A stretch of DNA of 64,000 nucleotides from Methanobacteriota archaeon (GCA_963719035.1 CAVRAO010000002.1:64001-128000); one strand, 5' to 3'; counted from the first letter of the stretch, positions 53,839 to 63,633 are shown. Notes: generated by a model not told the origin, from the letters alone. A program made the numbers and translations.

Positions 53839-54001
53839 GTCTTACCATCCACAATGAAATGCAACGAACGCCTTTTAACGTCGATTATGATTTTAACGTG
53901 CTCGTGTTGAGCGCCTGTCGATCATTGGAATACTCGCGGGTTATTAGTTAAATAGCTATCCAAACCCCGTCGCCTAGTGAATGCTAGGCTCTTTCTGAGG
54001 G

Positions 54002-54670
54002 CTAAAAAAACCCTAGGGAGTCTTCTATCCGCCCGAGCTCGATTCCTGTGCTCTCCCTACCGACAACGTAGCCTTTCGTGTTAGCAAGAAGCGCAGAACC
54101 TACGAGTGGGGACCCGTAGTTCACTGTGCCGATGTTGACGGGTACACCAAATGTTTCGTCTAGTTTAGAAAGCTCAGCCTCTGTCGCCTTTGGGTGCGCC
54201 AAAACCCCTTTGTTGGTGGCGCACGCGGCCATCCCAATTGTTTTTAAGCCGGCTACCGTACCACGTTGCACGTCTACACACAATGTCTCGGAAATGACTC
54301 GCTCAGCTCGAGCGATCAAGCCGGGGTGTATCAGTGCTACGGTGTCGTTTGCGAGAATGACGTTTCCTGCCGCATTGATCCTCCCCGGAAGTTTTCGCAC
54401 CTTCATACCTTCAGCAAGCTTTTTAAGTTGTGAAAGTTCGTGTCTTAGCGCATTGCCGGAAACGACAAATCCGTTCGAGTTACCAGCTACGAGCGAACCG
54501 ACAATCGAACTTGAGCCGACGAGAATTGGGACAGTGGTCACTTCGAGTTCCTGTGAGAAGTTCAGCAGCGCTTCTTCAGTCGTCGGTGGCGCCGCGAGCA
54601 AGAAATCTTCAGTGCAGGTAGCAAAGACTCCGAGCACGGCACTACCGCCTATCGTAATGCGCTTGACCAA
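54002..54670 (-). CDS. eif6: Translation initiation factor 6
   Basis: GNVILAND, GTVNYGS, TGIELGRIE motifs. Confidence 0.93.
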   Translation of the reverse strand: MVKRITIGGSAVLGVFATCTEDFLLAAPPTTEEALLNFSQELEVTTVPILVGSSSIVGSLVAGNSNGFVVSGNALRHELSQLKKLAEGMKVRKLPGRINAAGNVILANDTVALIHPGLIARAERVISETLCVDVQRGTVAGLKTIGMAACATNKGVLAHPKATEAELSKLDETFGVPVNIGTVNYGSPLVGSALLANTKGYVVGRESTGIELGRIEDSLGFF

Positions 54671-54712
54671 GTTGTCGCCTCGAGACCTAGGTTTTTTGCT
54701 CGGTACTCTTAT

Positions 54713-54994
54713 TCACGATTCGGTCGCGAGTTCGGCCTCGACGACACCGTCATCGAATTTCATTGCTCTGACAGTAATCTTGTTTGGCGGATGGCTCGAG
54801 CCTCTCTCCCAGACCTTCTCATTTATGGATCGATCAAGTTTGACTTTGTCTTGCTCTGCGCTTAAATGATGGGCGAGATACTTGCGAATTTCTGACATCG
54901 CCTTCTTGCTGCGTCTCCATCGTGGCGTGTGTTTTACCGCTCTTAGTGGTATGGTGTACACACGCTCCTCCTCAATTTTCGTGTCCTTTGCCAT
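54713..54994 (-). CDS. rpl31e: 50S ribosomal protein L31e
   Basis: ERVYTIPL, INEKVWERG...PP motifs. Confidence 0.95.
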   Translation of the reverse strand: MAKDTKIEEERVYTIPLRAVKHTPRWRRSKKAMSEIRKYLAHHLSAEQDKVKLDRSINEKVWERGSSHPPNKITVRAMKFDDGVVEAELATES

Positions 54995-55000
54995 GTACGA

Positions 55001-55153
55001 TCACACCTTAAGGCGACCTCGTCTCCAGTGCCTTCTCTTCGGATGGGTATTTACAGTGCGGTTTGTTCGCACTATCACCCACGCGGGCACACGCCTGTTT
55101 TGCTTTGTCGCTTTCGCGAGCCGTTTCTTTTTTCCCAGTGTTACTTTGCTCAT
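55001..55153 (-). CDS. rpl39e: 50S ribosomal protein L39e (not in ORF track)
   Basis: [30 protein letters not shown]...[14 protein letters not shown]. Confidence 0.95.
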   Translation of the reverse strand: MSKVTLGKKKRLAKATKQNRRVPAWVIVRTNRTVNTHPKRRHWRRGRLKV

Positions 55154-55248
55154 TGCAGTCCCTCTGTGGATGAAGTCGCCGGGTTGCTCGGCGGTTTAAA
55201 TACCCTTACGATCAGAGTAGCCTATTGCTATTCATCGTTAATAATTGT

Positions 55249-55851
55249 TTACGCGCTTGCCGCTCGGAAATTTGTGATTTTTCGTCCTGTGACCTTCGAT
55301 TGAAGATGCCGTTTTGGAAAAACGCGGTTTACGGTTTCGTAGCCGAACGAACTCCCCATAAGTTGACGTAGTTCGACTTCATAGTCAAACGAGATACACT
55401 CGCCATAGATGACCTCGAGTAACTCTGTGGCTAGCCTGTCAATCGTCCGTCGTCCGTAGCCAAGAAGCGGACGGATATAGTCGACGTGCATACGATCCTC
55501 AAAACTTCGCGCTTCCTGTAAGGTCAATAGCGGCGCCTTGTCGTCGCGGCGCGTGCCATCTGCCACAAAGCGGTAACATTCTGCTGCACGCTCAAGCGCT
55601 GTTTTATGCACCTGATTGAGGCCCCTGTTGGGATATCCATCTTTGATCATTGTAGTTATAGAAGTCATTGCGAGCTCTTTTTCTAAGCTAATCATTACGT
55701 GGCGGAAACCGAGTATCTGCGCCAACGTGGCTGCATCGTTCGGCATGACTCCGAAGGACACTGTAACCAGTTCAATTTGTGCAAAAGGGCTCAGAAGAAG
55801 GGCTGCTAGCGCGCTATCTTTGCCCCCGCTAAATAAAACGCCAGCTTTCAT
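55249..55851 (-). CDS. PP-loop ATPase family conserved protein
   Basis: LFSGGKDS, DGTRRDD, DYEVELR motifs. Confidence 0.8.
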   Translation of the reverse strand: MKAGVLFSGGKDSALAALLLSPFAQIELVTVSFGVMPNDAATLAQILGFRHVMISLEKELAMTSITTMIKDGYPNRGLNQVHKTALERAAECYRFVADGTRRDDKAPLLTLQEARSFEDRMHVDYIRPLLGYGRRTIDRLATELLEVIYGECISFDYEVELRQLMGSSFGYETVNRVFPKRHLQSKVTGRKITNFRAASA

Positions 55852-56177
55852 CTGCGCGTTATGTGTATGTTCTGTTTCTTGGGGGCGAGTTTTTTTAGTA
55901 GTTGCTTAAGCTGTTCGTCGTTTATCTGTCCAGTGAGTCTTCCGCTTTGATATAGCGCGAGAAGTTGTGATTCAACGGAGTCCGCAAAGTCGGGTCGAGT
56001 TAATCTGACGCTATTGAGTCGTTCGCGCGCTTCGGGTGTTAGCACCTGTCGTAGGAGCGCGCTTTTTAGGGCCTGGGCTTGTTCGATCTCCTCGGTGGAT
56101 GGCCCTTGCATTCCACTCTGCTGCGCCTGGAGTTGTTCGAGGCGCCGCTTCCGTATTTGTTCCAGGTCATCGTCCAT
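55848..56177 (-). CDS. PDCD5-like DNA-binding protein
   Basis: LTPEARERL..VRLTRP motif. Confidence 0.9.
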   Translation of the reverse strand: MDDDLEQIRKRRLEQLQAQQSGMQGPSTEEIEQAQALKSALLRQVLTPEARERLNSVRLTRPDFADSVESQLLALYQSGRLTGQINDEQLKQLLKKLAPKKQNIHITRR

Positions 56178-56196
56178 AATTCACTCTCTGCGTCAG

Positions 56197-56616
56197 CTAT
56201 GCGCTTTTTGACAGCTCATATGCGCCGTTGTCCAAGAGCGACCTGCCCTCTGGCGAGATCTCCCGGCCTTTCGGTGTCGTTCTCACAAACCCTGCGTTTT
56301 CGAGCTGCTGTATTGCTTTACGAATTATGGAACCGCTGCCCTTAACGAAACGTTCGGGTCTTGACGAGTTGTCAGTCTTACCTCCATAGACGGAGCGCAA
56401 GCGCTGGGTTCCGACGGGACCATCAATGGCGATCCGCCTCAGAAGTGCGGCGCAGCGGACATACCACCAGTCATCGTTTTGCGGCGGGTGCTCCTTATGC
56501 ACTCCTGTCTTTACCCACGCTGCCCATTCAGGAGGCGCAAATCGTTCATCATCCTTCAGCTTCATGGCGGTCAATTCGATAAGCTTGGTTGCGGAAACAT
56601 CGTACAGTGTGGTCAT
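56197..56616 (-). CDS. rps19e: 30S ribosomal protein S19e
   Basis: [24 protein letters not shown] motifs. Confidence 0.97.
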   Translation of the reverse strand: MTTLYDVSATKLIELTAMKLKDDERFAPPEWAAWVKTGVHKEHPPQNDDWWYVRCAALLRRIAIDGPVGTQRLRSVYGGKTDNSSRPERFVKGSGSIIRKAIQQLENAGFVRTTPKGREISPEGRSLLDNGAYELSKSA

Positions 56617-56677
56617 TTAATCTCCCAATTTGGACTTCTTGCTGGAATCAAGCGTGTTTAAGTCTTTTTTACTTATA

Positions 56678-56992
56678 TCATTTTCTCTGATGCGTAACGC
56701 TGTTTTTTGGCGGCTTTTTGATGCGGTATGGCGAACGATACACAGCAGTTGCGCCTTTCAAATCGACCAACTGCGCATCCGATGCCTGACCGAGTTCATA
56801 CGCGACCTTATCACGACTTGATTCGAGCAAAGCGCTCTTGAGAATTCTCACTTTGACCATTTTTCGCAACTTGAGTTGCTCCTGCAGCTCAAGCACGATA
56901 GCCGCGTTCGCGCCATTCTTACCGACCCAGAGCGTCGGGACGAGTTCCGCAGCAAGCGCCTTAAGTTTTTGAGTCTCGGTTCTTCTCGCCAT
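56678..56992 (-). CDS. YhbY/CRM-domain RNA-binding protein
   Basis: PTLWVGKNG, MVKVRIL motifs. Confidence 0.88.
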   Translation of the reverse strand: MARRTETQKLKALAAELVPTLWVGKNGANAAIVLELQEQLKLRKMVKVRILKSALLESSRDKVAYELGQASDAQLVDLKGATAVYRSPYRIKKPPKNSVTHQRK

Positions 56993-57010
56993 ATTGTTGT
57001 GAACGTTAAT

Positions 57011-57310
57011 TCAATAGCGTCTTACATCGTCACATCTTAAGCACGTTATGACTGTTCGCTTGTCTTTAATACGCACACGCGCATTCGTGCCGTATACGAA
57101 ATATGCCCCGCAGCTTCTGCAAAAACGCATTTTGTAAGTCTTTCCCAAAGGAACCCTATATTTTGTTGCCAACTTCTGCACTAGCTCAACGTAGCGATCA
57201 CTTCTTTGCGCGTGAGTGGGAAACTCTACGAAGGCCGCGTCAAAGAGTCGGTCTATGCGTTGTAAAACGATGCCTTTAACAAATTCCTTTTTCTTCCGTC
57301 GTTGGGACAT
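57011..57310 (-). CDS. rnp4: RNase P protein component 4 (Rpp21)
   Basis: RI..LF, RYV, FCRSC...TCLRC..RRY motifs. Confidence 0.9.
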   Translation of the reverse strand: MSQRRKKKEFVKGIVLQRIDRLFDAAFVEFPTHAQRSDRYVELVQKLATKYRVPLGKTYKMRFCRSCGAYFVYGTNARVRIKDKRTVITCLRCDDVRRY

Positions 57311-57369
57311 TTTCCACGCGCGTTGTGCAAAGCATTAATATACGTTCTGTTAAAGTAGTTTTGCGTCGC

Positions 57370-57453
57370 GCACCGATGGTCTAGTGGCTATGACTTGGGC
57401 CTTCCAACCCGTGAAGAAAGCCCACAACCCGGGTTCGAATCCCGGTCGGTGCA
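57370..57453 (+). tRNA. tRNA-Gly(TCC) with 12-nt intron at 37/38 (57407-57418)
   Basis: TGGGC-CTTCCA[ACCCGTGAAGAA]A-GCCCA. Confidence 0.9.
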
Positions 57454-57481
57454 TTGCTTCAAGCGTCCTGGGCCACGCGCT

Positions 57482-57751
57482 TCAGAGCATTCTGGTAGCG
57501 GCAACCACTTGAACGCTTTCTACTTTGTCAATTTTCGATAAAGAGGCTTCTACAGCTTCAGTTCCGCCCTCTTTGTCTTCAATGATAACCGTGAGCATCA
57601 ACGCCTTGAGCCCAAACGCAATGAGTTGCACCTCACAGCTGTATATCCGCCCGTATGGCGCGACCTGAGATGTAATTCGATTGCTTAGGCCTTTCAGATC
57701 AACGTCAGGGCTGTTTGGCATTATCTTCAGCTGTACTGCTACTTCCCCCAT
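57482..57751 (-). CDS. ef1b: Elongation factor 1-beta
   Basis: KIMP.SPDVDL, IAFGLKAL motifs. Confidence 0.93.
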   Translation of the reverse strand: MGEVAVQLKIMPNSPDVDLKGLSNRITSQVAPYGRIYSCEVQLIAFGLKALMLTVIIEDKEGGTEAVEASLSKIDKVESVQVVAATRML

Positions 57752-57907
57752 CTAAGGGCCTCCGAAACCACACGCGCATCGATACGGATTGCTCAGCTTC
57801 TTGCATTTCTTACATCGCGTGATGGTCTCTCCGCACGAGGGGCACGGGTAGGATATGCCGCTGTCCTTGGCCATCCGTGCACCGCACGATATACACGTCT
57901 TCTCCAT
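57752..57907 (-). CDS. Zn-ribbon RNA-binding protein (DUF1610-like)
   Basis: CISC...CPSCG..I.RC..C...Y.C.CGF.GP; directly upstream of ef1b. Confidence 0.88.
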   Translation of the reverse strand: MEKTCISCGARMAKDSGISYPCPSCGETITRCKKCKKLSNPYRCACGFGGP

Positions 57908-57996
57908 ATTTTCATCTTCTCCGTCGCATTTCAATTGGTAAGTGAGAATCACCCGAATTTGCTGTTTCTACTCTATAGAGCGATGACCTTTATATA

Positions 57997-58617
57997 CTAT
58001 TTTCGTCCGATAATCTTCGTGCCTATAGTATCACGTCCTTGGATTGCGTCACGGACGCGCTGAAAATGCTGACCGTTCACAATCGTACAATCCAAGTCGT
58101 GCATGTCCAACAGGCGTGGAAGGAATGCATCGACGCACGTTTCCTCCCTGAGTTCGGGCGCTTCGATACGTGACACTACCTGGTTATTTATGACAATTCC
58201 ATCGACGTCTGTTGCTATGACGAGATTAGCATTGAGCTGGTGCGCTACCCAGCCGGCGATAGAGTCGGAGGTAGCCATCCAGGAGTGGGGAACTGGGTCT
58301 TTTTCATAAAGTATCTTGAACGGCAAAAGGATGCTTACTCCTTTTTTTAGCGTGCTAATATCCTCTATCATCGCCAGTTCGGGAGTTGTCAGATAGAAGC
58401 CGTATTGGTTCATCGCGAGAACGGCCATCCAATGGGCGGCGGTCTCATCGAGATGAGCTGTATACCGTCGGACGGTATCTGCAAATGGCCCTCCGCCAGG
58501 TACCACGAGCACGTCTACTTGGGCTTCAATTAGATAGTTAATCAGATCTTTGGAGACTGATATCAGACTGCCTCCAATCTTAAGAACTGTGTGCATCATC
58601 TGGCTCTCTATCATCAT
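57997..58617 (-). CDS. Amino-acid-kinase family protein (MfnE-like)
   Basis: KIGGS, VPGGGPFAD, AHWMA, SW..TSDSIA, TDVDG motifs. Confidence 0.8.
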   Translation of the reverse strand: MMIESQMMHTVLKIGGSLISVSKDLINYLIEAQVDVLVVPGGGPFADTVRRYTAHLDETAAHWMAVLAMNQYGFYLTTPELAMIEDISTLKKGVSILLPFKILYEKDPVPHSWMATSDSIAGWVAHQLNANLVIATDVDGIVINNQVVSRIEAPELREETCVDAFLPRLLDMHDLDCTIVNGQHFQRVRDAIQGRDTIGTKIIGRK

Positions 58618-59245
58618 ACTTCTATGTCAAGCTTCTAGGAAATATTGCTTTTTTATGAATGGGCAGTTTTGTCCAGCGATTACGACGACCAAAGCGTGTT
58701 CAGAATTTCTTACAAGCGCCCCTTAATACATTTCGCGACTGTCCGGCAATCGGCAAGCCTCTAGGCGTCGGCTTTTGTATGTCTTTAATGCTTCAGCTTA
58801 TTTCTAAGAATCGGATGTATCTGCGGATGCGCCTCTGCGGAAAAAGTTGTTGCTTATGCTTTGTTGCTGGGGGCTTCCGAAAGTAGCTCACTACAATGTG
58901 AGCAAAAACGATACGGCGTGTCACTGACTAGTTAAAGCGCTAGCGTTCGACGACCGCGCGGCCTATGTCGCAAGGTTTGATTGCGTTAGGCGTGGGATAT
59001 ACATCTTCCGTGTTAATCATGGTTACTAGACTCGGACACTAGTGCTGCACTTACCAACCGCCCTATTTGTGAAATTGAGCGTATCATCACGCTGTGTATA
59101 TGTTTAAGGGGCTGTCGATCAACCTTCGTTGCGTCGTGACTAGTTCGATTTCACTTGCTGTTTTGAAACATCGCCTGATTGACGGCGTGAGTTAAGCGTT
59201 CTGCGCACACTCGACAGTCAGGATTCGTTACGCTAGGGCACCCGA

Positions 59246-59286
59246 CATGAACCCCATAAAAGCACACGCTGTTTTCTGGGGTCATG
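59246..59286. terminator. Long imperfect hairpin just downstream of the 45-aa ORF
   Basis: CATGAACCCCA...TGGGGTCATG arms. Confidence 0.45.
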
Positions 59287-59290
59287 GTAA

Positions 59291-59428
59291 TTATGTGACA
59301 TGCTCCTCGTGCTGGTAGCGATTAATATGCAACTGTGCTACCGTAGCATCAATTTGGATCATTGCGAGCAGCGTTTGTTCAATTAAAACAATGTCGCGTT
59401 CGAGTCTTGTTAGTTTCTCGTTTGCCAT
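59291..59428 (-). CDS. Hypothetical 45-aa microprotein
   Basis: GGAGGTGA Shine-Dalgarno 5 nt before ATG; amphipathic helical pattern. Confidence 0.55.
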   Translation of the reverse strand: MANEKLTRLERDIVLIEQTLLAMIQIDATVAQLHINRYQHEEHVT

Positions 59429-59628
59429 CTCGGTCACCTCCGAATTAGACTGCGCAAAAAAGTCACTTAAGACCGCGTGAGACACTACTTGTGTGCGAAA
59501 GTGTGACAACATTTTCGTGCCACGTAGTTAGCGTCCTAGAGCCGTGCAGCCGACAATCTATTGCTACCATAGCGAGTGCGAGATGAGAACTTACTTATAG
59601 GCGATATTTCCAGATGCATCTGAGATAG

Positions 59629-60507
59629 ATGCAAATGAGCCAGAAAGCGCGAGCGTACCTCACCCTTATGCGGCTGCCTTATATGCTCGTGCTCAGCTTT
59701 TTGTGCGTTCTCTTTATCGTTACTTTCCAAAAAGGGTTATACAACCCCGCGCTGATCGGTTTAGCCATTATCACCGTCGCGTTCACAAGTGCAGGAGGCG
59801 CGGCTATAAACGATTATTGCGACCGCGATTCAGACGCGCTTACGCATCCAGAAAGACCCCTCTCTGCAAATCACATATCTCCAGCACGCGCTGTGCAGTT
59901 TTCTGCGCTGACTTTTCTCGTAGCGCTTGGCGTCTCGCTGTTAATTAACCCCGTCGCTTTTGGCATTGTTGGACTAAATGTCGTGCTTTTCATTCTCTAT
60001 GCGCGTGTCATCAAGCGACTTTCCGGGTTCGTGAGCAACTTGGTTATGGGGTACCTGGGAGCAACGATTCCCATTTTTTCAGGAGCTGTTGTTTTTCAGA
60101 CAATCAACGCGGCGTCGCTATCGTTCGTTGGTTTGATTGCCGGAGGCGCGATTGGTTTGAATGTTCTCAAAGACATTTTGACTTTGGAGGGGGATCTTAA
60201 GGTGGGGTACCCTACCCTTGCGGCAAAACGGGGGATACGCGTTGCAGCGATCGTCGGCGCACTTTTTCTCCTTCTTTCTGCAATAACGTCGCCGTTGCCG
60301 TTTTTTGTGGGGGTTGTCAGCGTCGCCTACTTGGCCCCTATCGCCGTTTGGGGGGGCGTCGCTGTCGTTGTGTCGCTGACCCTCCTGAAAACATCAAACA
60401 CCGAAAAGATAGTAGAGCGGCTCGGGATATTCACGACATACTGGCCGCATGTTGTAGGGGTCGCCTGCGTTGCTTACGCCATTTTTTTTGCCGTTTTGGG
60501 GGTTTAA
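59629..60507 (+). CDS. UbiA-family prenyltransferase (DGGGP-synthase-like)
   Basis: NDYCDRDSD...PERP; second motif KDILTLEGD; multiple TM helices. Confidence 0.88.
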   Translation: MQMSQKARAYLTLMRLPYMLVLSFLCVLFIVTFQKGLYNPALIGLAIITVAFTSAGGAAINDYCDRDSDALTHPERPLSANHISPARAVQFSALTFLVALGVSLLINPVAFGIVGLNVVLFILYARVIKRLSGFVSNLVMGYLGATIPIFSGAVVFQTINAASLSFVGLIAGGAIGLNVLKDILTLEGDLKVGYPTLAAKRGIRVAAIVGALFLLLSAITSPLPFFVGVVSVAYLAPIAVWGGVAVVVSLTLLKTSNTEKIVERLGIFTTYWPHVVGVACVAYAIFFAVLGV

Positions 60508-60578
60508 TTATATTAAAAGAGGCATCTAACCACGTAGGACCGGTTGCACAAAACCACACCGTTAAACACGATGATAAT

Positions 60579-61469
60579 TTGGAGCTTTATCTCAAACAGA
60601 TTACGAACATTTTTGATATATCGCGCATCATCGATGCGCCGTTAGACAAGGAGCAAATCATCAACTACTATTTAGCGAACAAACTTTCTTATCGATTAGG
60701 CCTCAACTGGGAAGGATTTTTGCATTGCGGGATTAGCTACGACGGAAAACACAAAAGCGGGGATTTCAGAGAACAAGCACGAATTATTGAGAAATATATC
60801 AAAAACAAGGGCGCCAAACAGGTATTAGAGCTTGCATATGGATTAGGTCCGAATTGTGCATTCCTCGCGAACCGCAACCCCCATGTGTTATTCGACGCAG
60901 TTGATATATCTAACAAGCCTTTACGGCGTTTTAAAAAGATACCAAATTTGAACTTTTATTTTGGCGATTACCACGATTTAAGCCAATTTGAAGATAATTC
61001 GTACGATGTTGTGTTCGTTATTGAGGCGTTTTGTTACTCAATGCAGAAATTAGAGGTCCTGCGCGAGGTCAAGAAAAAATTAAAAGAGAACGGTATTTTC
61101 ATTGTTTTTGATGCATACAAAAGAAATCGTGCGAACTTGCTGAGTCCGTCAGAGAAAACGATGTGGGATTTAGTTGTCAGAGGCAGTGCGCTTAACACGT
61201 TCGAACACGTTGACGACGTCGAGAGCGATATGGAAAAGGAATACTCAATCGTTCTATCGAAGGATCTTACGCAGTGTGTCCTACCCTCTCTAGAGGGACA
61301 AGAAGCCAAAGTGCGCTACTATTTTAATCATCCTGCGGTCGCCAAAGCCATCAACAAAGTCGTCCCGTTTGACGTTGTGAAACATCTTCCAATGGTATTA
61401 TTGATACCGACAAGCGTGCGAAGGCAGATTGGGTGCTATTACTTGCACGTGTTGCAAAAAAATCACTAA
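60579..61469 (+). CDS. Class I SAM-dependent methyltransferase; start uncertain
   Basis: VLELAYGLG, AVDIS, GDYHDL, YDVVF.IE, LKENG motifs. Confidence 0.85.
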   Translation: MELYLKQITNIFDISRIIDAPLDKEQIINYYLANKLSYRLGLNWEGFLHCGISYDGKHKSGDFREQARIIEKYIKNKGAKQVLELAYGLGPNCAFLANRNPHVLFDAVDISNKPLRRFKKIPNLNFYFGDYHDLSQFEDNSYDVVFVIEAFCYSMQKLEVLREVKKKLKENGIFIVFDAYKRNRANLLSPSEKTMWDLVVRGSALNTFEHVDDVESDMEKEYSIVLSKDLTQCVLPSLEGQEAKVRYYFNHPAVAKAINKVVPFDVVKHLPMVLLIPTSVRRQIGCYYLHVLQKNH

Positions 61470-61487
61470 GCAGCTAGCCCCGTGTCG

Positions 61488-61519
61488 GCGCCCATCGAAG
61501 AACGGGCGCGTGTTTTTTT
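61488..61519 (+). terminator. Hairpin plus T-tract terminator
   Basis: GCGCCC-N10-GGGCGC followed by a T7 run, 18 nt after the methyltransferase stop. Confidence 0.55.
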
Positions 61520-61825
61520 ATTCGATCTTGCGCTTTCCAAACGTGTGCGGGTTATATTTACCGTTGTCGCAACTCGCCAGAGCAGAAGTTCAAGATTCGC
61601 TCGTTCCATTGGAATAAGATGTTAAACGAAGCAAAGGTGCACCCCCGCAAGAACTTCCACGCGACTGCAATCGCTGCTGCAAGGAGAGCGTTTGTAGGCC
61701 TCGGCAGAGCAGCAGACGCAAAATAAACGCGACAGAGACTTCAAATTGTTGCGTTAAGCTTGAACAGCTCGAGCGCGTTTATACCTTGCAATCCAAAATA
61801 AGAACTTGCTATATCAATGTGGGGA

Positions 61826-62662
61826 TCAAGCCCGCGGTGGGCCTTGCTTCAGCAATTCTTGGATTCGCTCTTCAGCCGGAACACCTTGCTCCCACAATAT
61901 TTCGAAAGTTGAGATAAGATAATCAGCGAATACAGGATCATCAGTGTAGAGCATGCTGAGCGGTTCATCGAGTTTTATGTGATTAATATCAATATTGATC
62001 GCACTGATGCACGTCTTTTTGTCAAAGACCCCAAAATACGCCCCACGGTAGTTTTCAATGTGACGCACGTCGGCGCCGATATCCAAGTGATAACGAATTA
62101 TGTCGACGATGCGATACGTCACGTCGGCAATACCTCGACACCGTCCTCCGCGCTCGATGAACTCTCTTTCAGCCTCAAGGATGCCAAATACTTGGCTCAT
62201 CTCAACTCCTTCACGATTTGATAGCCATAAGAACTCTTCTTCCGCGGAGACGAAGACGGGTAAGGCTGTGCTAATTACTTCTTTAAGGCTTTTCAGCATC
62301 TTGAACGTTGAAACTTCCTCTGAAGGTCGAAAGCGCTGCTCCTGTGCTAGGTCATGAAGCTCTCGCTTTCGTATCTCCATCTCGCGGAGCTCGCTCTCGT
62401 GTTTCTTCACTGCGGCGTCGAGTGCGGCATCAAGTTCTACCGCGGCGTAAATTGTTGGTGAATCGAGCGATGGGCGTACCATACCCTTTTCAATCAAGCT
62501 TGTAAGAGTGCGGTGCACGTCTTCTCGATATGTTTTCAAGGATTTCGCAAGCGGCGATGGGGTCTTTGGTCCATACTTAAGCAGGTGGAGATAGGCCTGC
62601 GCCTCCTTCTCGCTGAGCCCGAACCCTATGAGGCGCGTAACAAAGTCTGCCTCTTTGTCCAT
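61826..62662 (-). CDS. TrmB-family transcriptional regulator
   Basis: FGLSEKEA..YL.LL..G...wHTH, coiled coil, C-terminal sensor domain. Confidence 0.85.
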   Translation of the reverse strand: MDKEADFVTRLIGFGLSEKEAQAYLHLLKYGPKTPSPLAKSLKTYREDVHRTLTSLIEKGMVRPSLDSPTIYAAVELDAALDAAVKKHESELREMEIRKRELHDLAQEQRFRPSEEVSTFKMLKSLKEVISTALPVFVSAEEEFLWLSNREGVEMSQVFGILEAEREFIERGGRCRGIADVTYRIVDIIRYHLDIGADVRHIENYRGAYFGVFDKKTCISAINIDINHIKLDEPLSMLYTDDPVFADYLISTFEILWEQGVPAEERIQELLKQGPPRA

Positions 62663-62771
62663 CAGACCAAAAGTGTAAGAGGGGGTAAATAAGCGTTGTG
62701 TGTAGCTTTCTAACTGTTCGTATACTGCACTCGCAACTCTTATATTAAGCCCTTTCACCACCAACTTTCAG

Positions 62772-63605
62772 TTAAGCCTCTGGCGGTCCCTCTTTCAGCA
62801 GCTGCTGAATCCGTTCCTCCGGGTCGATCGCTTGGTTCCACAACATCTCAAAGGTGGAAGTGAGGTATTGGGCATACGTCGGGTCATCGGTCCAGAGTCC
62901 GGAGACAGGCGCGTTGAGTGATATACGCTTGATTTCTGCATTGATCGCGCTTATAGAGATTTTTTTGTCAAATATGACGAACATGATCCCGTGCTGATCT
63001 ATATGGCGCACTTCTTCACCAATGGATATCATTTCTCGCACCGGCTCAATGACTTGATACGAAATGTCGATGATGGCCCGCACCTTTCCCCCGCGCTTGA
63101 TAAATTCAGATGCAGCTTCGTTAACTCCAAAGAGGGAGGCGAAAACAGTTAGGATCGCAGGAGCGGCTATCAGCCATTCCTCTTGCAACGCGTCAAGTAA
63201 GGGCATAGAGACGGCGATGAGCTCTTTCATACTCTTTATGATCTTGAACGTGCTCACTTGATCGGAGGGCTGGAATCGTTGTTTTTGCGAAAGCTCTTGT
63301 AACTCCTGCTTTCGTGCCTCCATCTCACGCAATTCGCTCTCTTGCTTATTGAGCGCTGCTCCAAGCGCTGTGTCGAGGTCTACAGCTGTGTAGATTGTCG
63401 GTGCCTCTAGCGAAGGACGCACCATACCCTTATCGATGAGACCTGTGAGCGTCCGATGCACGTCTTCACGATATGTCTTCAGCGATTTGGCGAGAGGAGA
63501 GGGGGTTTTAGGGCCGTACTTGAGCAGATGAAGATAAGTTCGTGCCTCTTTCTCGCTGAGCCCGAAGCCAATGAGGCGGGTGACAAAATCGAATTCGTCG
63601 TCCAT
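62772..63605 (-). CDS. TrmB-family transcriptional regulator (paralog)
   Basis: N-terminal ~70 aa nearly identical to the neighbouring gene. Confidence 0.85.
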   Translation of the reverse strand: MDDEFDFVTRLIGFGLSEKEARTYLHLLKYGPKTPSPLAKSLKTYREDVHRTLTGLIDKGMVRPSLEAPTIYTAVDLDTALGAALNKQESELREMEARKQELQELSQKQRFQPSDQVSTFKIIKSMKELIAVSMPLLDALQEEWLIAAPAILTVFASLFGVNEAASEFIKRGGKVRAIIDISYQVIEPVREMISIGEEVRHIDQHGIMFVIFDKKISISAINAEIKRISLNAPVSGLWTDDPTYAQYLTSTFEMLWNQAIDPEERIQQLLKEGPPEA

Positions 63606-63633
63606 GGTCGCACCACTTGTCCCGTAAACGTTT

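Noticed and set aside
53972-53989. Hairpin GCCTAGT-GAAT-GCTAGGC between eif6 and rpl18a
   Set aside because: Isolated short hairpin; not enough to call an ncRNA or attenuator
54126-54869. 247-aa antisense ORF
   Set aside because: Shadow of eif6 and rpl31e, Ser/Thr-rich as expected from antisense codons
59078-59093. GTGATGA C-box on the minus strand as a C/D sRNA
   Set aside because: No convincing CTGA D-box at a suitable distance
60348-60578. N-terminal extension of the methyltransferase overlapping ubiA
   Set aside because: Mostly off-frame read-through of ubiA coding sequence; the real start is likely downstream
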